Assembly (NCBI GenBank): GCA_964389025.1
Contig: CAYMCQ010000011.1
Span: 1 to 64,000, forward strand
From: an uncultured Verrucomicrobiota bacterium
Lineage (GTDB): Bacteria; Verrucomicrobiota; Verrucomicrobiia; Limisphaerales; CAYMCQ01
DNA: 64,000 bases
Direction: 5' to 3'
Part shown: piece by piece, positions 51,901-61,374 of the stretch
Layout of the letters: each line of letters opens with the position of its first letter
How positions within the stretch are numbered: position 1 is the first letter of the stretch
Program-made: the position numbers and the translations under genes
Notes under the pieces: generated by a model
Databases searched by the model: none
Seen by the model: only the letters and a program-made list of their open reading frames with translations
Told to the model about the DNA's origin: nothing

Positions 51901-54329
51901 ATTTCAACACGAACACTCTAACCTTCACGACGAACTGGTTTGAATGCCTCGACATCGGGCTGACGAACGGCACGAACAAGGTCACGTTGCGCGTGACGGA
52001 TTTGGCGGGCAACTCAAGCACGAACGTCTACAACTACGCCCTGGATTTCTCCGGCGACACCAATGCGCCGGCGATTCAACTTTACTGGCCGCAGAACGGC
52101 GCGCAAATCAGCGGAACGAGTTTTACGCTGCGGAGTTTCATTGACGACCCGACGGCGCAAGTCAGCGCGCAAATCGTGGATACAAATGGCGTGACGAATG
52201 TTGTGTCGGCACTGGTGGAACGGAACGGACTTTTGTGGGTCGAAGGATTGCCGTTGAGCAGTGGAACGAATATGCTGACGCTGGTTGCGACGGATGCGGC
52301 TGGCAACGTTGCGACAACAAACATCAACATTGTGAAAAGCACGGTAGATTTGACGATCAATACTCTTGATGAAAGCCAACTCAACAACGCGAACATTTCT
52401 GTGAGCGGCACGATCAGCACAACTGGCTTCAAGGTTTGGGTCAACGGCGTTGAAGCGGCGATCAGCGGAAGCAGTTGGAGTGCGGACAATGTTCCGCTGA
52501 GTGAGGGAGGCACGGCTTTGGTTCAAGCGAGGGCAATTCCCACGAGCGACAACGGCGGCAACGGCACAGGCGGCAGCGGCGGGACAAGTTCAAGTTATAC
52601 GAATCCCGGCAATCCGAGTTCAGCCAGTGCCATCACCGCCGAATTACAGACAGACAAACCGGCGGTGGTTCAAATCATTTCTCAAACTATCACATATAAC
52701 TTTGAATGGGACTACGGCGACGGCCAAACAGGACACAGCGAAGAAGAAATTCCATGGGTGCGCGGTAAGGAAGTTCGCGGCTTTTTACATACTGTCGTTC
52801 ATACTCCCACAACGGATTCGGATTCGATGTCTTGGCATGTATGGCCGCCATGTTCGCCGGGGCCGGGAGTGATTTGTGGCGAAAGCACCTGCACGAGCAT
52901 TTCGACCGTGACTCAGAATGGCCAGACCACGACGACAACGAACGAGTGCCAACCCGCGCAACCACAAGGTTATTGGATGGAACACGGCAAGATAGGCGGT
53001 ATCCTTCGCAATCTGCCGAATCCCCAAGGCTGGCTGAAAGTCAAGCACACGGGCGACACACAAGTCCAACTGTTCACGGGCGGCAAAGCTGGTTCGAACA
53101 GGAAAAATCTTTTTGTAATAACTGCAAGCGCGACCGAATACACGGATGTTTTCGATTCAGTTGGACGTGCCATACCTTACACTGATTTGGACATTCCCGA
53201 CTTAGGGCGTCTCGGAAACGACGGCAGGCTCTACAAAGTCTTGGAAGACAACCGAACCGTGGATGTCACCGTCAAAGCCCCGCAAAAATTTTATACCTTC
53301 ACCGTGACCCCGCAGAAATGCAAGCTGACCATCAAGGCGAACACGGCCTACCTTGAGCCGGACACGGTGGTCAGCAACGCGGCATTTTGCGTAGGGCAAA
53401 AGGTGACTTTCGAGCCTGTTTGGAATGGAGAGCCGCCGGGTATTCAGGGTAGCAACACGACTTTCCAATGGACATTCGATGGGACGTATATGAACTATGC
53501 AACGCAATCCTGCACGACGTGTTCGATTGATTACTCAAACCTTTCCGACCTGCTAAAAAAGGAGATAACGGCAAACTGGTGGGTTACCGGCAAGTTCAGC
53601 CCGCCCGCGGATTACTCGGCTGAAGTCGAAGAAAAGCTGACTTTTACAAACGGTCAAAAAGCGAAGATAGTTGCCAACGGACGTTTCGGCATGCACCGGC
53701 CTAGACTCACAAATTACAGGTTACCAGTTGATCCTTTGTCCGCTTCAGTGAGACACGGTCATATCTATGGTGAAACAAATGCGCTTAACGACATCTTGGT
53801 GGCAGATCGGCCCGCTGAGTATTTGGTGGATGTGGATAGCCTCTTTGATGGATCAGCAGGCATAACTCAACTGTGGAATGGTTACGCGACTAATGCTTCC
53901 TCTGGTATAAACACCTTTGGCACGATTCAATTAGACAATCAAGAATTCTACATGAATACGTTGATCTCTGTTCAAGCCCAATTCATCGCTAATGAGATTT
54001 ATTTTCAGGATGGACCCGGGCTGGATTGCATTGGCAACACCTTTCTTCAAGTTGATTTTACTGACTATGGCCGCTTCAGACCAGACGCGGGAACCCCAGA
54101 TGAAAACATTTATGTGACCCTTGGAATTGTGAACTGGGATGTTCACGCTTCCACAGCACTGACACAAGTTTCCGGCCAAGCTTTCAGCGACTACACTCCG
54201 CCAAGACCGGTTGGAACAAATATACCCCACAAAGTGACGACGCCGAGTGCTCACATTGACGGCTCCGTCACGCCTTCAGAAGCATTTCCTCATTGGTCGC
54301 AAGTTGCGACGAACATTCCGCCACCTTAA
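48906..54329 (+). CDS. giant secreted/surface protein (about 1800 aa) with 2 LamG/concanavalin-A-like lectin domains, a Ca-binding D-rich repeat and Ig-like domains
   Basis: Signal peptide; a novel N-domain shared with 39710-40747; two Laminin_G_3-like jelly-roll repeats (...ETWIKPL.NTN.YG.MS..GKR......GYELFL..G.PGFQI......Y.DGV...); DYDGLPDWWEIKYFGNLDQTAEGDYDQDGDSN; then beta-rich Ig-like repeats. The last about 600 nt are lower in GC. Confidence 0.7.
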   Translation: MTMKTILWFFLGVGLILTVQAQLSTNSPTSGGTSVSSGKLGSNVPPGTVITLPLATPVFESKSEQMAAEDIPQTNNAAIAGKDFWAVEQKIEPMAGGAKADFGLLKANFAANANSERVLVVTTPDGRKLSAKACYLAWYDTATGNSLLLGEIQDRIGIIRLPNEVIFTNAFDGISADLRYRYTGFSLEQDIVLHANAELPKGWNEETTRLEVWTEWFDTEEPVKETQIINLRANLFDAPPADVNDDTLTFGSAKIILGKAFASDNEQDTALSSKAWTEIEKRTFLIETLDYRAIKTMLETLPKAEAAAGPFNLKRADLRKELPERRAAREENRSMEVAVTDLSGEPAVVLDFVIVSSVPVPANIISWWPAGGNATDAIIANGNNGTWLGTAAYGAGKVGQGFSLGGVSNAVTVPNTASLNFGVAQDFSMETWIKPLTNTNPYGIMSIIGKRYYAGIGYELFLIDGQLGFQIGDPVNGYLNVGVTGDLRADGQYHHIAVTVDRDDPDGGKLYVDGVANFFDPTAISDDLSNAEPFRIGVHPDSYFGYFKGNIDEPAVYARALGESEIQGIYNAGAAGKINPNCVVAPTNIVAWWPGDGNTNDFAGTNNATLSGATYESAVASQGFSFDGINDGVTAANDNALNLATTNEHVTIEAWVKPLANTNTYGVMSVVGKRHSPNSSTAYGYELFLVNGVPGFQIANGTSYANFIATGDLRDGGFHHLVVTMNRSATNGGHIYVDGVSKLTFNPTVLTASLSNSAPVRIGVHPQSGFNGWYKGVIDEVTLYRRALTNTEVTALYSAGCAGKCKHDLDYDGLPDWWEIKYFGNLDQTAEGDYDQDGDSNLAEYQNATDPNTINFTTTFYPGDHVNANSATGRIEVLRGVASQIAVLVNSTNYASATWTNFSNTNVIAGLGTTDGQQDIWIGLRGRSEDSEQTWEWNPIIRDTTAPTIVITNPIASTTSRPMIQLQGYSPEALSAIYFDVTNSAGLITNQQGFVSAQYFNTNTLTFTTNWFECLDIGLTNGTNKVTLRVTDLAGNSSTNVYNYALDFSGDTNAPAIQLYWPQNGAQISGTSFTLRSFIDDPTAQVSAQIVDTNGVTNVVSALVERNGLLWVEGLPLSSGTNMLTLVATDAAGNVATTNINIVKSTVDLTINTLDESQLNNANISVSGTISTTGFKVWVNGVEAAISGSSWSADNVPLSEGGTALVQARAIPTSDNGGNGTGGSGGTSSSYTNPGNPSSASAITAELQTDKPAVVQIISQTITYNFEWDYGDGQTGHSEEEIPWVRGKEVRGFLHTVVHTPTTDSDSMSWHVWPPCSPGPGVICGESTCTSISTVTQNGQTTTTTNECQPAQPQGYWMEHGKIGGILRNLPNPQGWLKVKHTGDTQVQLFTGGKAGSNRKNLFVITASATEYTDVFDSVGRAIPYTDLDIPDLGRLGNDGRLYKVLEDNRTVDVTVKAPQKFYTFTVTPQKCKLTIKANTAYLEPDTVVSNAAFCVGQKVTFEPVWNGEPPGIQGSNTTFQWTFDGTYMNYATQSCTTCSIDYSNLSDLLKKEITANWWVTGKFSPPADYSAEVEEKLTFTNGQKAKIVANGRFGMHRPRLTNYRLPVDPLSASVRHGHIYGETNALNDILVADRPAEYLVDVDSLFDGSAGITQLWNGYATNASSGINTFGTIQLDNQEFYMNTLISVQAQFIANEIYFQDGPGLDCIGNTFLQVDFTDYGRFRPDAGTPDENIYVTLGIVNWDVHASTALTQVSGQAFSDYTPPRPVGTNIPHKVTTPSAHIDGSVTPSEAFPHWSQVATNIPPP

Positions 54330-54341
54330 CAGAGGCTTTTT

Positions 54342-55040
54342 ATGCATCTATTGATCAAAAGTTGGTTGATTCCTGCAATCTCGCTCTTCGTATCAGAACC
54401 CAGATTATATGGTGGAGAGACGAATCAGGTCATAACTCGTCATTCCAATGATGCGAGAGTATTTGGCAATGCAACAAATGGCTTGAGGGGAGAAGTGCAA
54501 GTTCTCCGTCTTGGTGATAATTCGCGGCCGGAAGTTGCTGTTTACGTGAGTTTGCTAACTAATGTCCGTGATCAGATACTTCGGGAAGATTTCACGAGCA
54601 CCAATCGCCATCACGATGCCTCTCAGACCCCACTTTTTTTAGCTGCGCCTGGTGGGTTCTGTGGGCCCGTCGAGTTACATAACGCCGCCCGCAAAGAGAT
54701 TCCGTCGCTAAAATCTGAGATTACTTCGCTAAAAGCTTATCCAGAAAACATCAGATGGAGTGTTTTATACTCGAATGAAATGCGACAATTGAAAGTCAGC
54801 CATGTCGTGCCCGGTGACATCGGACTTTTTAGCACGCGTTTTAAGACGGTCACGATGACGCGTCAAATCGGATTATTCAAAGTCGAGAATTATTTCCAAG
54901 TTAAAGAATCAGGCGAATATCAATTGACCGTCTGGCCAAAGATTTACCAGAGAACTGAAAACGATAAAGACATCTACCAGCGAATTGATTTACCTCCGGT
55001 TACTGCAACTATCAAATGGGGCGCGAGTCCTCTAAAATGA
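54342..55040 (+). CDS. hypothetical protein (232 aa) in a low-GC segment downstream of the giant gene
   Basis: ATG 13 nt after the giant gene's stop. GC is about 43%. N-terminal hydrophobic segment. No family recognised. Confidence 0.45.
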   Translation: MHLLIKSWLIPAISLFVSEPRLYGGETNQVITRHSNDARVFGNATNGLRGEVQVLRLGDNSRPEVAVYVSLLTNVRDQILREDFTSTNRHHDASQTPLFLAAPGGFCGPVELHNAARKEIPSLKSEITSLKAYPENIRWSVLYSNEMRQLKVSHVVPGDIGLFSTRFKTVTMTRQIGLFKVENYFQVKESGEYQLTVWPKIYQRTENDKDIYQRIDLPPVTATIKWGASPLK

Positions 55041-55077
55041 AATTTGGACTTGTCCCGATTTAGTGGACAGAAACTGA

Positions 55078-55185
55078 AGGATTGCCACTAGCGAGCGGAA
55101 CGAACGCGCTGACTTTGACGGCGACTGGCCTTGCCTCGGTTTTGTGGACTACTGAAGTGGAAAATTATTTCCCGCCGGTGAGCTT
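55078..55185 (+). pseudogene. orphan fragment resembling an internal Ig-like repeat of the giant protein
   Basis: Translates to LPLASGTNALTLTATGLASVLWTTEVENYFPPVSF*, cf. GLPLSSGTNMLTLVATDAAGNV at about 52250 (about 75% nucleotide identity over 50 nt). No start codon. Confidence 0.5.
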
Positions 55186-58100
55186 TTGAAATTCAGCGTT
55201 AGTCCTGAGCAAGTTGAAACGAGGGTCGCTCTTTATCAAGAACACTAGATTCGATGACGCCGGGGCACTGTTTGCGCGGCGCTGGTCGTTTAGTTCCATG
55301 GAGCGGCGCAGGGCTTTCAGCGCATCAGCAGTTTTGTCCTGCTTGTTGATTTCAGACACAGACGCTTTGAGCGCGGCCAGGTCGAACCACGCTTCGGGCG
55401 AGCCGGGTGTGACTTCGACGAGACGCTCCAACGCGCGCTCAAGCCGTGGAAAATCCCCCATGTCCCTGTATGCGGTGGCGATGAAAATCACGGCCTGCTC
55501 GTTGATTTTCGGGTTTGCCAGCGCCTGCTCGAAAATCCGATGCACCTGATCCGTCTTTCCCATTCTCATGTAAACCGACGCGAGATTGACGGCTGCCTGG
55601 AAATTTGTCGGCTGGCTGCGGTATTCCTGTTCCACTTGTTTGAGTTGCTGTTCTATCGTGTCATGTTGCGACGCAGGCTGCGCGGGCAAACCAGCCTGCT
55701 TACGGTAGGTTCTGAGGTTTTCAACGAGGCCGATGACCGAGCCGTTGTGAGGGTCGAGTTTCTGGCAGGTCGTCGCCACTATCCAGGCATCGTCGAGGCG
55801 GGGAGGGTTCATCTGAAGCAGGAACTGCGAATAGCGAAAAACAGCCTCGGGGCTATACGGGCAAAAGGCGAACGCCTGGCGAAAAGTGAAATCGGTTTCT
55901 TTGATCATGCGTTCGCGCACGACCATGAGGTGATTAAGACGGTTGATTTCCTCCTGCGAGCGCTGGCCGGGAGGCTTTTGTTGCGCGGCAATGATTTGCT
56001 GAGTCACCTCGCCCACGCGCCACGCGTAAACGCCGCCAATGGAGCTGCGAAGTTTAGAAAACGCCTTCTGCGCCTGGTCGTCGCGGACAAATTTTCTGTC
56101 GCCCTGAAACCCGCTGAAGTTGTGCTCGAGGTAAACTTTCTCGATGAAGGCGGCAATGTTGCTGACGGGTGTGTCGTAATTGACGACGTTCGTTCCGATG
56201 AGCCGCTCGGCATAGCGCGACCAAAACTCGTGGTCCCGCTTGACGATGTCCTCTGTGAGTTCCGGCAGCGGCTCGCGGTTGATTTTCATGATGATTCCGT
56301 AGGGCGTCAGGTGCGGATACATCCAGTCGAGAGGGAAACTTTCCTCAACGTAGAATTCGTGCCCCGGATTTTTATCGAAGATGACTTTGGTGAGCAGGCC
56401 GTTGATAGCCATGACCGCAACCTGGCCAGTGACCTGGACGCGCTGCTCGCCGCCGACGTTCAGGATTTTCACATCTTCGCCCGGCCTGATTTGTTTCGGC
56501 TCATTCGGGAATTGCATATCGTGCGCCAGACGTTTCTGCGCGTCTTGCAAATATTCGTTGAAACACTGCTGCGACTCCTCAGGTGTGGGCGTGAAAATTT
56601 CGAGGTCGGGATAAACGCCGCCGGGACTTGTCGCGAGTTCCTTCGGATAGACGTGTTCGAGCAGCAGGCGGTTCAAGCGGACGCGCGTGTGGCTTTGCGG
56701 TTCTTGCGCGATGAACCGCTGAAGTTTTTCGGTCAACTGGACGCCCTTGAAACGTTCCGCGTTGTAAAACGAAAGCTCCTGAACTTTGTCCTCCTGTTTC
56801 GCGCGGCGCGGCGGGACCTCGCGCTCGATGATGCGGTTCAAATCCTTTGCCAGCGCGCTCGCCAGCCGCGAGTCAGCGGATTTGCCGAGCAACTCCTGCG
56901 TCTCCCTGGACAAGTTGTCATGGATGAATTTCGAAACGGCGTCTTGCGAATCACTCTTGCGCAGCTTCCCGGCGAGCGACGGCAAATCCAGAAAATCTTT
57001 TTCCTCAAAGAATGACGAGCCGACGCGGCGCATCTTTTCAATGTGGTCGCCGAGCGATTGGGACGGTTTATCCAGCAGCGTGCCGACGATGCGCGCCACG
57101 AGGTTCGTCCTGTAGTTCAGTTTTTTCTCTTTGCCCGAGCGGAACCATGGCTGGAAAAACGGCGTGTCAATTTCCGTGCTGCGGTTGTAATGCGCGCGGA
57201 TGTATTGCAGGTAAGTGCCGTCGGCGAGCGCGTTTTGCGTGATGATGTAAACGTCGCGCCGGTCAAAATTCGGGTCTGTGTTTTTCTTGCAATCCGCCGG
57301 GGTGAAGCTCTCGCAGAAAATCATGTAGGTCGGGCAAAAACGTCCGGGGTCAGTGCCGCCAAACAGCACCGTGTCGCGGTCCATTTCGGGGTAGATGAAC
57401 TTCGCCTTTTCCGGGTCTTTCAACATTTGCTCCCGAAGCTTCGGATCGTAACTCAGTTTGCCGTCCGGCGCGACGAACGGTGGCGTGAACATGTCGTGGC
57501 CGAACCAGTAGCCGAAGTAGTGGTGAAGCTGCTCGTTATCAGCCCAGTGCGACATGAACGAGTGCGTGGGTCCCACAAGAAAAACTGCGAGAACAATTCC
57601 GAGGCGCGGCTTCGTTTTTGACAGAACGATTGCAAGAACAAAGATCAGCGTCGCCGCGATAAGCAACAAACCTGCGATGACGGGCAGGCTGTATTGATCT
57701 TTTGCAAAGCAACGGCCGACGGCGCGAAAGAAACTGTCCTCCTGAAAAGTGTCTTCAACAGTCCGCGCGAGCGACCAGATCGAAAAAGCCGCGGCGATAG
57801 AGCCGCCGAAAATCCCGATTTGCCTGAAACGCTCATATTGCGTTGCCATGAACGCGGCAATGAGCGTCAGGCCATAGCCGACGCACAGCGCGATCATGAC
57901 GTGTGAAGCCGTGAAGAAAACGCGGATCAATTCGCGCGCCTGACGGTCGGGCGGCGGATTGAACAAGGCAATCAGTAAAATGCCGAGGCAAAAATAGATT
58001 GCTGCCACGCCGATGAGCCATGCCCGCTCGCGCCGCTGCATTTTGATGAAGAAAACAAACGGCACGAGTGCGATGAGCGCGTAAACCCAGTTGAATTCAT

Positions 58101-59280
58101 CCACTACGCCTGAGAACAACATTCCAAGCTGACCGACAAACCGCATTGGGTCAGTCAGGAAATTCGTCGGATTCGTTTTTTCATACTGGCCGCGCGTCAG
58201 TGCATGAATGAAGCCGTCGGGTGTGCGTGGGTAACCCCATTGCAACGGCGGGTTGCTCATCCCGGCCAACGGCATGTAGAGGTAGAAGGCTGCGCCGATC
58301 AAAAACACGACACCGCAGACAATCACAGGCAGCCACTCCGTCAGAACTTTTTTGGTTTTTATCGTCAGCCAAATCGCGCCGACGAGGGATGCGAGTCCCA
58401 CCATGTTGAAAATGACGAAGATCATGTTTAACTGCCCCGGCGCACTGTTCCACGAGGTGATTAACCCGTTGGCTTTGAGAAACAGCCCGAGGATGTAGCA
58501 AATAGAATTTCCAATGAGAAAATCGCGGCCAAGTTTCGGCTGTCCCGCGATGATGGCGATTTCAATTCCCATCGCCGCCACGAGCAAACTTTGATGGTTG
58601 GTGAAACAAATTCCAAAGAGAAACCAAGCCCAGTAAATGTAACGCCTCTGGTGCGGCGCATAAATCCAGCGCATCAGGCAAAGTATCACGCCCATCAACG
58701 AAACGAGGCTGAACGGATAAACTTCCACAATCACCGCCTGGCTCCACATGTAGCCGTTGAAACCAATCAGCGTTCCCGCGACAAAACCGGACACGACGCA
58801 AATGGCGTTTTCCAAGCGGCGGTCAATGCTTTTCAAGCTGGCGATGCCTTCGATCATCATGCTGCTGCCTCGCGACACGGCCAGCCCGATCAACCCGCAC
58901 GCCAGCGCGCCGGAAAACGCGCAGCCGACCGAAACGCGAAAAGCCATGTTCGAGAACGGGATGATTTTTGTGAACAGCCAGGTGTAAATCGTCCACACCG
59001 GGTAGCCCGGCGGATGCGGTATTCCGGCATACATCGAAGCGACAGCCAGCTCGCCGGAATCTTCCAGCGTCAGGTCGGGGGAAATCGTGAGTAAATAACC
59101 GATAAAAACTAAAACGAGCGTGAGGGTGAACGTCAGCCAGTCAATTTTCCGAAACAGCGGCGGCAACGCAGGCGGCGGCAGAGGCGCCCCTCGCACGGGC
59201 GTTGGACTGGAAGGAGTTTTTGAGGTCGGCTGATTTTTACCATCCTTGCCGCCGGGCGCTTTAGGTTTTTCCATGCTCAT
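55165..59280 (-). CDS. DUF2723-like large polytopic membrane protein with C-terminal TPR repeats (glycosyltransferase-like)
   Basis: 1371 aa with a Pro-rich N-terminus, about 20 TM helices in the first about 600 aa, then a soluble region ending in TPR-like repeats (...NLASVYMRMGKTDQVHRIFEQAL...). Family call from memory. Confidence 0.55.
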   Translation of the reverse strand: MSMEKPKAPGGKDGKNQPTSKTPSSPTPVRGAPLPPPALPPLFRKIDWLTFTLTLVLVFIGYLLTISPDLTLEDSGELAVASMYAGIPHPPGYPVWTIYTWLFTKIIPFSNMAFRVSVGCAFSGALACGLIGLAVSRGSSMMIEGIASLKSIDRRLENAICVVSGFVAGTLIGFNGYMWSQAVIVEVYPFSLVSLMGVILCLMRWIYAPHQRRYIYWAWFLFGICFTNHQSLLVAAMGIEIAIIAGQPKLGRDFLIGNSICYILGLFLKANGLITSWNSAPGQLNMIFVIFNMVGLASLVGAIWLTIKTKKVLTEWLPVIVCGVVFLIGAAFYLYMPLAGMSNPPLQWGYPRTPDGFIHALTRGQYEKTNPTNFLTDPMRFVGQLGMLFSGVVDEFNWVYALIALVPFVFFIKMQRRERAWLIGVAAIYFCLGILLIALFNPPPDRQARELIRVFFTASHVMIALCVGYGLTLIAAFMATQYERFRQIGIFGGSIAAAFSIWSLARTVEDTFQEDSFFRAVGRCFAKDQYSLPVIAGLLLIAATLIFVLAIVLSKTKPRLGIVLAVFLVGPTHSFMSHWADNEQLHHYFGYWFGHDMFTPPFVAPDGKLSYDPKLREQMLKDPEKAKFIYPEMDRDTVLFGGTDPGRFCPTYMIFCESFTPADCKKNTDPNFDRRDVYIITQNALADGTYLQYIRAHYNRSTEIDTPFFQPWFRSGKEKKLNYRTNLVARIVGTLLDKPSQSLGDHIEKMRRVGSSFFEEKDFLDLPSLAGKLRKSDSQDAVSKFIHDNLSRETQELLGKSADSRLASALAKDLNRIIEREVPPRRAKQEDKVQELSFYNAERFKGVQLTEKLQRFIAQEPQSHTRVRLNRLLLEHVYPKELATSPGGVYPDLEIFTPTPEESQQCFNEYLQDAQKRLAHDMQFPNEPKQIRPGEDVKILNVGGEQRVQVTGQVAVMAINGLLTKVIFDKNPGHEFYVEESFPLDWMYPHLTPYGIIMKINREPLPELTEDIVKRDHEFWSRYAERLIGTNVVNYDTPVSNIAAFIEKVYLEHNFSGFQGDRKFVRDDQAQKAFSKLRSSIGGVYAWRVGEVTQQIIAAQQKPPGQRSQEEINRLNHLMVVRERMIKETDFTFRQAFAFCPYSPEAVFRYSQFLLQMNPPRLDDAWIVATTCQKLDPHNGSVIGLVENLRTYRKQAGLPAQPASQHDTIEQQLKQVEQEYRSQPTNFQAAVNLASVYMRMGKTDQVHRIFEQALANPKINEQAVIFIATAYRDMGDFPRLERALERLVEVTPGSPEAWFDLAALKASVSEINKQDKTADALKALRRSMELNDQRRANSAPASSNLVFLIKSDPRFNLLRTNAEFQKLTGGK

Positions 59281-59300
59281 TCAGTTGTCGCTAAAATGTT

Positions 59301-59675
59301 TCAATGAATTAAAGGGGCAATACTAGGAGTGTAACGGCTGGCATTTGTCCATTCAAAAGTGTTCCGCAGCATGTTTTGGTCGTTCTGGCTGCTTTCCGGC
59401 CAGAAAGCCACGAGACTTTGATTGCTTAACACGGTAGCAACCAACGGGACTTGCTCACTCAGACGCGCCACCCGCGCAAGATCGTCCGCGCGCTGGCCCA
59501 GCGTCGCGAGCAAGATCATCAGGCACGCGGCAACCGGCAGCGACCAGTTCCAAAACAACGCGAGCGAATGGCGGTCGGCGGATTTATTGCCGAACAGCGC
59601 AGCTTTAAATTTCGCCAAAGGACGGCGCGGTTGCCAGGCACGCAACTGGATTTCCAAATGTTCCAACTGGTTCAT
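59301..59675 (-). CDS. putative anti-sigma factor / hypothetical membrane protein
   Basis: Immediately downstream of, and overlapping, the ECF sigma gene. One TM helix (LPVAACLMILLATLG). Weak evidence. Confidence 0.35.
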   Translation of the reverse strand: MNQLEHLEIQLRAWQPRRPLAKFKAALFGNKSADRHSLALFWNWSLPVAACLMILLATLGQRADDLARVARLSEQVPLVATVLSNQSLVAFWPESSQNDQNMLRNTFEWTNASRYTPSIAPLIH

Positions 59676-60192
59676 ACGATTTTCCTTTCCCGCCTTCGCC
59701 TTCTGCTTCGGGGCGGTCGCGTTGAAGCATGGCGGAGACGAACAGATGCTCTCTCAATTTTTGCAGGCCGTAACGGTAACGGCCTGCGGCTGTGTTCGGT
59801 GAAATCTCAAGCAACCCGCCGATCTCGTCGAAGGTGTGCTGATGCCAGATTTTGAACACGATGACTTCGCGCTGTTCAAGCGGAAGCTGCGCGAGGCCGG
59901 CCATCGCCGCGCGCTCGGCGGCGGTTTCGCCGGGCGAACGCTCGAACCAGCGGACGGACTCCAGTTCGCGCGTCACGCGCCGCCACAGGCTGCGGCGGTA
60001 ATTCAAGGCGCGGTTCCGAAAACTGCGCAGGCAATAATTCTCCGGTTCCTCCGGCGGAGATTCTCGTTGCAGCAGCGCCTGAAACGTTTCCTGAAGAACG
60101 TCTTCCGCCTCGCCATGGCTCAGGCCGAGCGCGCGCCCGTAAAGAATCAACTGCGCCGCCTTGTTTTCATACAGGCGTTCGCACCAATCCAT
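59605..60192 (-). CDS. ECF-type RNA polymerase sigma-70 factor
   Basis: Region 2 (EAEDVLQETFQALLQR) and region 4 (LPLEQREVIVFKIWHQHTFDEIGGLLEISPNTAAGRYRYGLQKLRE). Start is at the internal ATG (MDWCERLY). Confidence 0.75.
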   Translation of the reverse strand: MDWCERLYENKAAQLILYGRALGLSHGEAEDVLQETFQALLQRESPPEEPENYCLRSFRNRALNYRRSLWRRVTRELESVRWFERSPGETAAERAAMAGLAQLPLEQREVIVFKIWHQHTFDEIGGLLEISPNTAAGRYRYGLQKLREHLFVSAMLQRDRPEAEGEGGKGKSYEPVGTFGNPVACLATAPSFGEI

Positions 60193-60393
60193 CCTCTCTC
60201 CCGCACGCGGGACAACAGAGGACGGTTCAAGATGACTTTCCCGAATCACAGTTCACCGGATAGACACCGTGAACGGGAAATTTGTATAAAATACTTTCAG
60301 CTTTTTTAGCGCAAAAAAAGAAACCCGGACATGCGTCCGGGTTTCTGATGAAACCGCAGGCCGCAAGTTGGCGCTTGAAGCGGAAGCTTGGAA

Positions 60394-61269
60394 CTAGGGA
60401 TGGGTGGTGACACTGACAAGTTTTTGCCAGTCGTTGAGTCCGCCTTTGGGCCGCGGGTCCGTTACGCGCCAGCTTTTGCTCGCAGCATCCCGAAACGCAT
60501 AAATTTCAGCATGGCCATCGTTGAAATTAATGCCGTAGGCGAAACCGTGATTGCGCGAGGGCAAATCAAGAAAGCGCGCATTTCCGCCCACATCCACAAG
60601 AAACATCCCGTCGTTAATGCTTTCCTGATCCTCGTCAAGCACGAGCCATGTCGCAGACGGCTTGAGCATTTGACTCTCTCTGGTATAAACCGGATGCAGC
60701 GGGTCTTGGCGGCCTGTTGGATTGGTGACGACCCATGTGGTTGACGCCCCAAAGCTCGTTCCATTCATGAATGAATTCATGGAGACGCTTCTTAGAATGG
60801 GTTTTCCCCTGAATTGCGCAGCTACACCGGGAGCGTCAGCCGCGCGTTTGTCGGCTGGACAATGGTAGAGGCCCAGCGTTTTGGAATATGGCCAAAGAAG
60901 TCCGATTTGAATCCCCGTTGGATCGGCTCCGCCATAAACGTAGGGACCCGGCAAACCGCCGGTTTCAGCATTGCCTCCGCACCAAGTGTTTGTGAAGCCG
61001 CCAAAGGTGGGATAAGCCGAAACCAACTTTCCATCGTTGTCGTCAGAATACAGCCTGCACGTTACCGCGAGCTGCTTCAGGTTATTGACACAGGCGATTC
61101 GTTGCGCCTTCAACCTTGCCTTGGCCAGCGCCGGCAGGAGCAATCCGGCAAGAATGGCAATGATGGCGATGACAACCAGAAGCTCGATCAGTGTAAACCC
61201 CCGGCGGGCGGTATTTAGTTGAACTGCGGAAGCGCGGAAGTTTTTTAAATGGAAGAATCTTTTTGACAT
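60394..61269 (-). CDS. DUF1559 domain protein with a prepilin-type N-terminal cleavage/methylation signal (H-X9-DG family)
   Basis: [27 protein letters not shown] pseudopilin N-terminus; C-terminal [10 protein letters not shown]...RD (H-X9-DG-like). Typical of the PVC superphylum. Confidence 0.85.
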   Translation of the reverse strand: MSKRFFHLKNFRASAVQLNTARRGFTLIELLVVIAIIAILAGLLLPALAKARLKAQRIACVNNLKQLAVTCRLYSDDNDGKLVSAYPTFGGFTNTWCGGNAETGGLPGPYVYGGADPTGIQIGLLWPYSKTLGLYHCPADKRAADAPGVAAQFRGKPILRSVSMNSFMNGTSFGASTTWVVTNPTGRQDPLHPVYTRESQMLKPSATWLVLDEDQESINDGMFLVDVGGNARFLDLPSRNHGFAYGINFNDGHAEIYAFRDAASKSWRVTDPRPKGGLNDWQKLVSVTTHP

Positions 61270-61374
61270 GGCTTTTTCGCACGTAGCCGTCTGTCAAAAA
61301 TCTCCCTGACGCGCGCATGAATGTAAAGTTCAATCCGGTTTTGAATTCGGAAAGCAAACTGCGGAACAAATGTT

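Noticed and set aside
55540-57015. 491-aa plus-strand ORF
   Set aside because: Antisense to the 1371-aa membrane protein gene. Shadow ORF.
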